Source: a virus (lineage: Duplodnaviria; Caudoviricetes). From it: 46,268 bases of DNA. This document shows, in pieces, positions 36,810 through 45,329 of the stretch. The position numbers were made by a program, and so were the translations under genes. Numbering within the stretch: the stretch's first letter is position 1; each line of letters starts with the position of its first letter. The notes under the pieces are model-generated. The model did not search any database. It was given only the letters and a program-made list of their open reading frames with translations, and was not told the DNA's origin. Location of the stretch: positions 1-46,268 of IMG/VR virus record IMGVR_UViG_3300033485_000031. The stretch is one strand, 5' to 3'.

Positions 36810-37022
36810 ATGGAACCGCGTCGCGTTGTCATTAACGGTAAAGACTATGTGGTTGTTTATTGCGCTCACTTCTTTCACAAAGGATTGAAGCGGCGCGTAT
36901 ATGCTAGAGATCACGGAAAGGCATGTTTTGCCATTCACATTCCTGTGGAGAAATACCGTGGAGCAGCGAACGACCAATTATCTTTGCCGTTCGATGAAGC
37001 CAAGAACGATAATAATCAGTAA
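36810..37022 (+). CDS. Small hypothetical protein with clamp-binding-like QLSLPF motif
   Basis: GAAAGG RBS; RRVYARDHGKACFAI; DQLSLPF near the C-terminus. Confidence 0.65.
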   Translation: MEPRRVVINGKDYVVVYCAHFFHKGLKRRVYARDHGKACFAIHIPVEKYRGAANDQLSLPFDEAKNDNNQ

Positions 37023-37036
37023 ATTGGTAACAGATT

Positions 37037-37071
37037 AGGCGCCTATGAAGCCCTAGAGTTCATAGGCGCCT
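37037..37071. terminator. Hairpin between convergent genes
   Basis: AGGCGCCTATGAA / TTCATAGGCGCCT 13-bp stem. Confidence 0.65.
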
Positions 37072-37076
37072 CACTC

Positions 37077-37301
37077 TTAGCCCCTTGCTTCTATCGCGCG
37101 CCAATTTGGCGGTGCGCCGCACGCAATGCAATCGCCTTCGGGATCGGTCAGCCTTCCGAGCAAGGCATCAATCGAGATGTTCATCGCGAAGGCCACGCGG
37201 ATCATGACTTCCGCTGAGATCCTGTGCTTTGCCTGAACGACCTCGTTATCCGAAGCGAGAATGGAAAGCTGACTCTCGCCCATGGACAGCGCCTTACACA
37301 C
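37077..37301 (-). CDS. XRE-like HTH with C-terminal CxxCG, possibly 5'-truncated
   Basis: ISAEVMIRVAFAMNISIDALLG...CIACG; no good RBS or start. Confidence 0.5.
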   Translation of the reverse strand: MCKALSMGESQLSILASDNEVVQAKHRISAEVMIRVAFAMNISIDALLGRLTDPEGDCIACGAPPNWRAIEARG

Positions 37302-37363
37302 GGGCTTCCACGGTCGACATGGTGTTGATTTTGGGAGCCCGTTTTCTTTCTATTGAGGTTGCG

Positions 37364-37906
37364 ATGGACTCTCGCGTCGCCGTGCTTTTCTGCGATCCCA
37401 AGGGCGTCTACAGCGGCATCGACGGCCTTGACCTTTGGAGCGCAGATCGCGATGCGCGGCTTTACCAAGGCCCGGATCCCGTAGTTGCTCATCCACCGTG
37501 CGCGAGGTGGTGCCGGCTGGCCAAGCTTGTGGCTTCGCAGGGCGGCAAGCCCGTGGGCGACGACGACGGCTGTTTCGCTTCTGCGCTGGCTTCCGTGCGG
37601 CGATGGGGCGGAGTTTTGGAGCATCCAGCCCACAGCCTTGCATGGGCTGCCTACGACCTTTTAAGGCCTGTGCGCGGCGCTTGGATGCGCGGCACTTGCG
37701 GCAGCTGGGTGTGCGAGGTGGATCAATCGCATTATGGCCATCGAGCGATCAGCAACGCCGTTTCCGTTCGCAAAAATTCTTCTGGACATCGCCAAAAGCG
37801 CCCTCGTGATCTTGTCTTGAAAGTCTTCGCTGCTCTTGGCGTCTTTGTTTCGGATCTTGCGATGGCTTCGACTACGGCCTTTGTTTTGGCTGTTCGGGAT
37901 CCCTGA
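37364..37906 (+). pseudogene. Divergent C5-cytosine methyltransferase-like gene, apparently truncated after YGHRA (about 37745)
   Basis: GAGGT RBS; VVAHPPC (motif IV-like), VLEHP (motif VI-like), VDQSHYGHRA (motif VIII-like), then sequence lacking later motifs. Confidence 0.55.
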
Positions 37907-38294
37907 AGGAAAGCGGAGAGGTCTTCTTTTCTTTCAGCGGGTTCGATCTTCTGAACCGCTTTCGAGCTCCGCGCGGGGCAGCTTCGCGCGGCCTTGCTCG
38001 CCCTTCGGGCATCGCATCCGCGACTCGCTCCCCGTGCTCGCTGTAAACGCACACAATTTTTTTGTTATTTCGTTCAGATGGAAGATCAGAGCGGGGTTCC
38101 TCTTGAGACGTCACAGATAAGAGCAAAAATTCTTCGAATCCGTCAACGCCCTCTTGTGTTGTTTTGAAAAATAATCTCCAGGCTTGACGCACTCGCGCGA
38201 ATTCGCCCAAGGATTGCGAACCCGCCCAAGTTTTTGCTCTGCGCGCTCAACATATTGGTTGACATCCTAAAACAGCGTGCGCTACATGCGTTGG

Positions 38295-38855
38295 ATGAGC
38301 GAAGATCAGAATTCAACAGGGCAAGGCATCACCAACACGGCGGAGCAGATTCGAAAAGATCCAGCGGTCGGGCTTGGATTTTTGGCCGGCTTCAACACCA
38401 TTGAGCAACAAGAGGAGAACGGGCAACGCGAGTTCATAAAAAGCGATCTGCTCCCCGTGAAGCTTTTGGGTCAAGAAAAGCAATTCGAAGCGCTGGGATT
38501 TACGCTTGGGCCCCAAGTGGAAAGCGACAAGCTGTTCAGGCACGTCATCCTGCCGCAAGGATGGAGAAGGCAGGCGACGGATCATCCGATGTGGACGGAT
38601 ATCGTTGATGGCGACGGCTGTAGGCGCGTCGCTGTTTTCTATAAAGCAGCGTTTTACGATCGCAAAGCAACTGCCAGCCTCGTCGCTCGCTACTCGATCG
38701 AATGTGTTGACGAAGAGGCAGAGCGCTGGATTGTTTACGACTGCAAGCTGAAAAAGCCTGTTTTTGAGCCAGATGATGGCGCTCGTGACGCTTGCGTTGA
38801 TTGGAAGGAGGCTCGCCCGCGCAAAACGCTTATCGAGGAATGGAGCGAGCCATGA
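38295..38855 (+). CDS. Phage hypothetical protein (VFYKAAFYDR motif)
   Basis: Preceded by TTGACA-N17-CTACAT-N7-ATG; LPQGW..QATDHPMW..IVD..G.RR..VFYKAAFYDR. Confidence 0.8.
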   Translation: MSEDQNSTGQGITNTAEQIRKDPAVGLGFLAGFNTIEQQEENGQREFIKSDLLPVKLLGQEKQFEALGFTLGPQVESDKLFRHVILPQGWRRQATDHPMWTDIVDGDGCRRVAVFYKAAFYDRKATASLVARYSIECVDEEAERWIVYDCKLKKPVFEPDDGARDACVDWKEARPRKTLIEEWSEP

Positions 38856-39049
38856 GCACCCAAGAAAGACGCGGAGTGAAAGCTATTGCAGTGCTGCTGG
38901 TGACGCTGATTGTTCTTCCGCCCGCATCGGTGTTTATTGCGTGGGCAGTTGGATTTTTCAGCGCAACACAGGCCTGGTGCGTGGCTATTTTGGCGATGGC
39001 CCAAACATTGTTATGGATGGTGGCCATCGTTGCCGGGGGGAAGCGATGA
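38852..39049 (+). CDS. Small two-TM membrane protein
   Basis: Two hydrophobic segments; ATGA coupling. Confidence 0.65.
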   Translation: MSTQERRGVKAIAVLLVTLIVLPPASVFIAWAVGFFSATQAWCVAILAMAQTLLWMVAIVAGGKR

Positions 39050-39503
39050 CCATCCAAACGATCCCCTATCCGCGCCACGGGCTCACGCTGGGCGGTTGTT
39101 GTTGGGGCGGCGATCGGAAGCCTACTCATATCCCGGTTATTGGTGCACGCCAGGCGGCAAAGTCGAAGAAGGGGAAACACACGCGGATGCCTTGCGCCGC
39201 GAACTGCGCGAGGAGCTCGGGGTTTACCTGCCGCCAGACTTGTTGATCGGAGGTCCGGCGGTGTACGTCCATACCTTCGTGAGCGGCGATACCTGGATAG
39301 TGGTCACCTGCTATCGCATGGACGCCATGGCTTTAATCGAGGAGCCAAGCGCCAAAGACGGCCTTGACGAAATTGCATGGTTCGATGCCGATTCGCTTAG
39401 GGACCTGTATAATTCTCGCCGGCTGATAAGAGCCGATGCAGCGCAGTTTTATAGCTTGCTGGCGTTGATTTCTGACAATGATCCGGAAGATGAGGTGCTG
39501 TGA
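39046..39503 (+). CDS. NUDIX hydrolase (5' end apparently frameshifted)
   Basis: Nudix box PGGKVEEGETHADALRRELREELG; the coupled ATG 39046 is in another frame. Confidence 0.8.
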
Positions 39504-39904
39504 TGGATATCAAAAACGATTTGGAGTCCCTGCGCGGCCTGGCAGCCCGGGAATCCCAGCCGGCGCCCCAGGTTTCGACATGCCCGCCGATATGGCCCTC
39601 GCTGATAGCGCAGACGGAGCCGGGCGCCGCGCTTATCGAAAAGAACGGTGATGGCCGCGTGCTCAGGGGCCTTGCCGAGCGTATGCGGGCGCGAATGGAG
39701 CGCGGCCTGGCAAACTACGGCATGCCGCTTCGGGCGCACAATGGGCGGGAAGCTCTTGCGGACTGCCAAGAGGAGGTTTTGGACGCGCTGGCCTACGCGG
39801 AGCAGGCAAGGCAGGAAGGCCGCGCCGATCACGCGCTGGTAAACGAGCTCTTTGCGCTGGCCTACAAGCTCGAAAAAATGCGCATGGAGGCCGCGGACAA
39901 GTGA
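39500..39904 (+). CDS. All-alpha NTP-pyrophosphatase (MazG-like) protein
   Basis: GLANYG..L..HNGREALADCQEEVLDALAY with EExxD motif. Confidence 0.55.
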   Translation: MMDIKNDLESLRGLAARESQPAPQVSTCPPIWPSLIAQTEPGAALIEKNGDGRVLRGLAERMRARMERGLANYGMPLRAHNGREALADCQEEVLDALAYAEQARQEGRADHALVNELFALAYKLEKMRMEAADK

Positions 39905-40284
39905 TCAAGACCGAGGATGTTGACTGGACGCTTCAAGCCGAGATGGCCAAGCATATCAAGCTGCGCATGGCCGAGCGCAAAATGACCCGCTATGCGCTGG
40001 GCAAAAAGGCAGGGTTGCGCGGGCAGCACATCAAGGACGTGCTCGAATGCAAAAAAAACGTGCCAGTCTCGACGATGTACAGGATCGCACAGGCCTTGGA
40101 GTGCAGCGTGGAAACGCTATGCTCCGGAGAATATAAGCCAGGTGCGAAGCTATCGAGAGAGGCCGTCCGCGTGGCCTGGGAAATCGACGATATCCCGCCA
40201 CGGCATGCCCGAAAGAAAAAAATCATCATGGACATCCTGCAAGAGGCCCGGAGGGAAGCCGAGCAAAATGAGTCTTTTGAATGA
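39901..40284 (+). CDS. XRE-family HTH protein
   Basis: MTRYALGKKAGL...VSTMYRIAQALECSVETL. Confidence 0.8.
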   Translation: MIKTEDVDWTLQAEMAKHIKLRMAERKMTRYALGKKAGLRGQHIKDVLECKKNVPVSTMYRIAQALECSVETLCSGEYKPGAKLSREAVRVAWEIDDIPPRHARKKKIIMDILQEARREAEQNESFE

Positions 40285-40723
40285 AGTCTACGACGTTGGT
40301 ATTTGTCCGCATTGCGACGCGGCAGTTGATAAAAAGCTATGCGAAGAGCGCGGGCATTGGCAATGCGAGGTTTGCAAGGCCGAATGGTGCGGTATCTGCG
40401 GCCTCGATCATGCTATGGCGGCGGATTCAGCGACGTATTTTCAAGAGCTTTTGGAGGCGCATATCGAAAACAACAAGGTGCCGTTTGGATATCGGCCGTT
40501 TGCGAAGCTGGACGAAGCAAAGCTCAACTGGCTGATGGAGCAACTGAAAGAAGAAAAGGAGCAACGAAAGAGGGACCGCCAGATTGGCAGCATAGGCGAT
40601 CCACCAAAAATGCAATATGATGATGTTGAACCATCCGCAAACAAAGACACAAGATTCAACCAATACGCGAATCAAAGCCAAGCGGATGCGTGGGGCCAAG
40701 GGCGCAGACCGAGAACAGCTTGA
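40268..40723 (+). CDS. Zinc-finger hypothetical protein
   Basis: CPHC, CEVC, CGIC. Confidence 0.65.
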   Translation: MSLLNEVYDVGICPHCDAAVDKKLCEERGHWQCEVCKAEWCGICGLDHAMAADSATYFQELLEAHIENNKVPFGYRPFAKLDEAKLNWLMEQLKEEKEQRKRDRQIGSIGDPPKMQYDDVEPSANKDTRFNQYANQSQADAWGQGRRPRTA

Positions 40724-40758
40724 CAGCGAAGACGAATGAGCCGAACGGGAGGTGATAT

Positions 40759-41304
40759 ATGGCTAAAGTTTTAGAGCTTTTTAAGCGGCCAAGTGGGCGT
40801 CCCAAAGAATCGCAGGTCAGCGAACCGACTGCCTGCCCAATCACTAAAGGCGATTGGGCAGGGGGCACCACCGTGGATGGCGTGGTGGTGCTGATTTTGC
40901 GACGGCATGATGTGAAAAGTATATGCGAAACCAGGATAGATCTATGCGTTGAAGATGCGGAAGCATTGCGGGAAGTGCTATCGACATCAATATATGATGC
41001 AAAAAAGCAATTGGCGCGTATACGCGGAGAGCATTTATGGTTCATTAAGCTATCAGATGAGCGCGATAAAATCGTAGCGTGTCATGGAGGCGGTGAGGCC
41101 TTGTTTAGAAAGAGCATCGCCAGGAAGGCGCGGACGTGTGCCGCATGTGGAGATAAATGCGGGCCTGGCTTGATATGGGTGTTTGACCGCCGCGTATTGA
41201 AAGAATCGGCCAGGAATCGAGTGATTGAATGGCAATATTTTGCCATCTGCACAAAGTGCGGCGTTCCGCAGGACCCATCGTTGAAAGAGATAAAAAACTC
41301 TTGA
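40759..41304 (+). CDS. Hypothetical protein with C-terminal CxxC...CxxC
   Basis: GGAGGT RBS; CAAC and CTKC. Confidence 0.7.
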   Translation: MAKVLELFKRPSGRPKESQVSEPTACPITKGDWAGGTTVDGVVVLILRRHDVKSICETRIDLCVEDAEALREVLSTSIYDAKKQLARIRGEHLWFIKLSDERDKIVACHGGGEALFRKSIARKARTCAACGDKCGPGLIWVFDRRVLKESARNRVIEWQYFAICTKCGVPQDPSLKEIKNS

Positions 41305-41335
41305 CACGCCGTCTGCAATAGCAACGCTGGACGAA

Positions 41336-41872
41336 ATGCCCGCCGCGAAAAAAGCCGCTCGAAAGCGCGCGAATCCGCACAGCAAAGCCAATTTAAAGAT
41401 CAAGCCGTGCTCGGTTTGCACGCATGCGCAAGTGGATCGGATCAATCACCTGCTCCGCTGCAATGCGCTTCAAACAACGGTTGCCAAGGACTTTGGGCTT
41501 TCGCATTGGGCGGTGCATCGCCATCTCCGCCGCAACCATGTGGAGCTGCGCACGGCTATTCTTCAGGACATCGAAATCTTCATCGATCTCGATGCGCCGA
41601 AAGCAGCGCGTGAATGCGTGCGCGTGGCCGCGCTGATGCTCCAAAAAATCATCGATAAAGGCGAGGGCGATATCAAAGAAGGACTGCGGGCGATCGAGGT
41701 CCTGATGGACGCCGTGCGCCTTGCGGCGCAACTCGCCGGGAAGCTCAATCCGCAGCCGGGCACCAATGTGGCCAACGACCATGAGATCAAAGAGGCGACC
41801 ATCAAGCTCGAAAAGTTGCTTGCAGAGCACGAATTGAAAGCTCCATCGCCGCCGGCCGAAACGCTGAATTGA
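41336..41872 (+). CDS. Terminase small subunit (putative)
   Basis: CSVCTH plus HTH (VAKDFGLSHWAVHRHLRRNH), directly before terL. Confidence 0.7.
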   Translation: MPAAKKAARKRANPHSKANLKIKPCSVCTHAQVDRINHLLRCNALQTTVAKDFGLSHWAVHRHLRRNHVELRTAILQDIEIFIDLDAPKAARECVRVAALMLQKIIDKGEGDIKEGLRAIEVLMDAVRLAAQLAGKLNPQPGTNVANDHEIKEATIKLEKLLAEHELKAPSPPAETLN

Positions 41873-41873
41873 T

Positions 41874-43202
41874 ATGCAGGCGCGGGAGCACAACCCCGAA
41901 GGCGAAGCGCGGATTGTTGAAATCGCATCGAGGCACAGCGGGCGCGAAGCTCTGCGGGCGCTGTCCGATCGCGAACGGTATTCGATCACCAAGGATTGGA
42001 GCATGATGGCGCGGCCTAAGCAGCTTCGCCCGCGCATTCCGTTTCATGTGTGGCTAATCCTTGCTGGCCGCGGCTTTGGCAAAACAGAGACGGGCGCGCA
42101 GACCGTCAGCGAATGGGCAAAGACGCCGAACACCTTGATCGCCTGCGTAGCGCCCACGCATCGAGATTGCCGCGAAACGCTTGCAAAAGGCCAAAGCGGC
42201 ATTATCGCAGCCCATCCGAAGTGGGCACAGCCGAAATACAACCAGGGTCACGGGATCATCGAGTGGCCGAACGGCTCTCGCGCCTATCTCTATTCAGGCA
42301 AAGATCCTGATCGTCTTCGCGGCCCAAACTTCCACAAGGCTTGGATCGACGAAGCCGCTGCATGCGACTACATCGACGATATTTGGGAGATCGCTGTAAA
42401 GGCCGTGCGGCTCGGGGAAAACCCCGAGATCGCCATCACGACCACCCCGAAGCCAATCCCATTTTTGAGGGAACGCCTTGACGAAGATTCAACCGTCGTG
42501 ACCCACGGCACAACCTGGGAAAACGCGCGCAACCTATCGGCGAAGGCGCTTACCTATCTAAAAAAAACCTATGCGGGCACGGATGTTGGGCGAGAGCAGC
42601 TCGAAGGCGAATTGCTCGACGATGTTGCAGGCGCACGCTTCAAGCAATCGTGGTTCGACCAATATCGAACGCTTCGATTTCCGTTCGTGGATGAGTACGC
42701 GATCGCCATTGATCCAAGCTCTTCGGATAAAACTTCCGCGTGCGAGTGCGGAATTGTGGGCGGCGGAATCGGGGAAGGCGGGGCCTGCTATGTGCTGCAT
42801 GACGAATCGATGAGGGCCACACCGGCAAAGTGGATAGAGAAGGTTCGCGATCTCGCCCAAAGGAAAAAAGCGAAGCGCATCATCTACGAGGCCAACTATG
42901 GCGCAGGCTTCATCGAGGATTTGTTTATGCTCTTGGCGCCCGAGCTTGTGCCGCTACTGCGCCCCGTCCACGCCGATCGCGATAAATGGGCGCGGGCTGA
43001 ACCAGTCTCAGCGCTTGCCCAGAATGGCCTTCTGCGCATGTTTGGCCACCATCCCGCGCTTGAAGCCCAGGCCACAACCTGGACGCCCAGCGCTCGAAAA
43101 AGCCCCGATCGAATGGATGCGATGGTGTGGTTAGCCATCGCTGAAAAGCTCAAGAAAGAGCCATCTTTGCACTTAAAGAACAGGGATACGGTTTACGGAT
43201 GA
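41874..43202 (+). CDS. terL: Terminase large subunit
   Basis: Walker A AGRGFGKT, RLRGP, Walker B WIDEAA, ITTTP, nuclease AIDP, YEAN, SPDRMDA. Confidence 0.95.
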   Translation: MQAREHNPEGEARIVEIASRHSGREALRALSDRERYSITKDWSMMARPKQLRPRIPFHVWLILAGRGFGKTETGAQTVSEWAKTPNTLIACVAPTHRDCRETLAKGQSGIIAAHPKWAQPKYNQGHGIIEWPNGSRAYLYSGKDPDRLRGPNFHKAWIDEAAACDYIDDIWEIAVKAVRLGENPEIAITTTPKPIPFLRERLDEDSTVVTHGTTWENARNLSAKALTYLKKTYAGTDVGREQLEGELLDDVAGARFKQSWFDQYRTLRFPFVDEYAIAIDPSSSDKTSACECGIVGGGIGEGGACYVLHDESMRATPAKWIEKVRDLAQRKKAKRIIYEANYGAGFIEDLFMLLAPELVPLLRPVHADRDKWARAEPVSALAQNGLLRMFGHHPALEAQATTWTPSARKSPDRMDAMVWLAIAEKLKKEPSLHLKNRDTVYG

Positions 43203-44563
43203 AAACAAAGATTCTCGACCGCACGCACAGCACGTTGGATCTCGATCTGCTCACCGAATACAACGCGCTTTTTGAGGGCGGGCAGACGTTCCATAAAGAG
43301 CTTCGACGCTTCGCCCCACAGCTTCCCGGAGAGTCCAAGCCCAACTATCTCTACCGGCTTTCGCGGATGCGATATCGCGGGTATGTAGGGCCGATCGTGC
43401 TTCTGTTCGCCTCTGCGCTGTTCCGCGCGCCGTATGAAATACGAGCTCTTCGCCAAGGCATTCCGGTAGATATGCATCTTGCGATCGAAGCGCTCAAGAC
43501 GGATGCTGATGGGCATGGCATGGACTTGATCGCCGTGGCAAAAAAAGCCTTCATCGACACGGCTATCGGCCGCGTGTCTTGGCTGCATTGCGAGATGGAG
43601 GATGGGCGCCTAACCATCGAGGCAGAAAGCCCGTTTTGCGTCATCAATTGGCAAACAGAAAGCGATGGCTTGGAATGGATTGTGGAGGCCGAAACAAGCT
43701 TCAAACTGGCCTCTCCGTACGCCGAAAAGGGGACGTATGTGCGGCGCTGGCATATCTACGATGAAACATCAGAAACGATGTTTGAAGCCGCGTGGCCAGA
43801 AGACAAAACAGAACCAGAGGAAGCCCAACAAATCAGCGTTGAACCGCATGGTTTTGCTCAATGCCCATTTGTACCGGTGTGCGCTCCGCCGGGGATGTGG
43901 TTGATGGGAATTCTCGGCGATGTGCAGCGGCGCATTTTTGAAATCTCAAACGCCTTTGATTCCGCCCTTAATGGCGCGGCCTATCCAACTGCCGTGCATG
44001 AAAAGCACAACCCAACATCGGAGCCCAAAATCACACCGGGCGGGCTTGCTGAGATCGCTGCAAACGAAAAGCTTTATTGGATCGCTCCGCCGGCGGCTCC
44101 GTTCGATGCGTTAAGCAATCGTGAAAAAATGTTGATCCAAGAGCTTGGCCGGCTTGCTGCTCAAATGGCCTACGGCGTCGATTCGAATGCGCCCGCGGCT
44201 CTTGGGCGAAGTGCGGAATCGAAGGCGGCGGATCAGCAAAGCACCATCGTATGCCTTCGTGAATTTGGCCGCGTGATCCGTGAAGCGCTGCAAGTGGCTC
44301 TCCAAATCTGCGCCGATGGAATCGGGTTCGACGCCCAAATCAGCGTGGAGGGCTTCACCGAATTTTCGGATGACTCGATCAGTGAATTGGTGGCTGCACT
44401 GAAAGAGACCACTGACCTCGGGATGAAGTCGCCCCGATTAAAGGCAGAGCTGCAAAAATCGCTTGCTAAAAAGCTTTTGCCCGGTGCAGCGTCAAGTGTG
44501 ATGGATGCAATTCAAAAAGAGCTTGACAGCCCAGCCCAGCCCAATCCAACGCCATTGACATAA
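43199..44563 (+). CDS. Portal protein
   Basis: 454 aa after terL; HGFAQCPFVP and SAESKAAD motifs. Confidence 0.85.
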   Translation: MKTKILDRTHSTLDLDLLTEYNALFEGGQTFHKELRRFAPQLPGESKPNYLYRLSRMRYRGYVGPIVLLFASALFRAPYEIRALRQGIPVDMHLAIEALKTDADGHGMDLIAVAKKAFIDTAIGRVSWLHCEMEDGRLTIEAESPFCVINWQTESDGLEWIVEAETSFKLASPYAEKGTYVRRWHIYDETSETMFEAAWPEDKTEPEEAQQISVEPHGFAQCPFVPVCAPPGMWLMGILGDVQRRIFEISNAFDSALNGAAYPTAVHEKHNPTSEPKITPGGLAEIAANEKLYWIAPPAAPFDALSNREKMLIQELGRLAAQMAYGVDSNAPAALGRSAESKAADQQSTIVCLREFGRVIREALQVALQICADGIGFDAQISVEGFTEFSDDSISELVAALKETTDLGMKSPRLKAELQKSLAKKLLPGAASSVMDAIQKELDSPAQPNPTPLT

Positions 44564-44654
44564 GCCGAAACCACCCTCCATCTTTGGGGTGCGCTGCGCG
44601 TTAGCTCCCTGGCAGCCCGCGCGGCTGAAAAGCCAGAGCACCCAAAGGTGAACC

Positions 44655-45320
44655 GTGCCCCCAAACGAATCCAACGACCAAAACCAGACCACGCCGAACC
44701 CGAATGCAGGAACGCAGAATCAGGCGCCCGCATTCGATCCTGTTGCTTTTGAAAATAAGCTGATGGCGCAAAACCGAAAAATGATCGACGGCGCGCTTGA
44801 AACTTTCGCCAAAAAACTTGGCTCGACCGATCGCAGCGAAAACCAGCGGGCTGAAAACCAAAGACCCGATGGGCAACCCGCTGGGCAAACGAAGGCCGAC
44901 TTGGAGATTGCCACGCTTAAAAGGCAACTCGAAGAGGTTTCGGCGAAGCAAAACGCTGCAATCGAGGAAGCCCGACAGGCAAAGATTTCGGAAGCGATCA
45001 TCGCCAATTCAACGGGCAAAGTGCGGACGGCGATGACCAAACATTTTTCGGCGTTGGTCGCCCAGCGCATCAAAACCGCAGAAGGCGATGGCACGCTGTT
45101 TTTGGATCTGGACGGGAAGAGTTTTGGGATCGCGGAGGGGATTTCCGAACTGCTTAAGCGGGACGATTTTGCAGGCTTCCGGGAAGAGCCAAAAGCTCCA
45201 CCACGGCGGTCCGTGAATGCGCCCGAAGGTGGGCCAAGGGCGGTTTTGAAATTCAAACCGGAACAAATTTCAAAAATGAGCGGCGACGATCTAATTAACG
45301 CCGCAATGAAAAAGGATTGA
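44655..45320 (+). CDS. Scaffolding protein
   Basis: Low-complexity N-terminus and coiled coil, directly upstream of the capsid gene. Confidence 0.7.
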   Translation: MPPNESNDQNQTTPNPNAGTQNQAPAFDPVAFENKLMAQNRKMIDGALETFAKKLGSTDRSENQRAENQRPDGQPAGQTKADLEIATLKRQLEEVSAKQNAAIEEARQAKISEAIIANSTGKVRTAMTKHFSALVAQRIKTAEGDGTLFLDLDGKSFGIAEGISELLKRDDFAGFREEPKAPPRRSVNAPEGGPRAVLKFKPEQISKMSGDDLINAAMKKD

Positions 45321-45329
45321 GGAAACGCT

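Noticed and set aside
36418-36888. 156-aa ORF across the non-coding RNA region
   Set aside because: No recognisable motifs; overlaps promoter, terminator and palindromic elements
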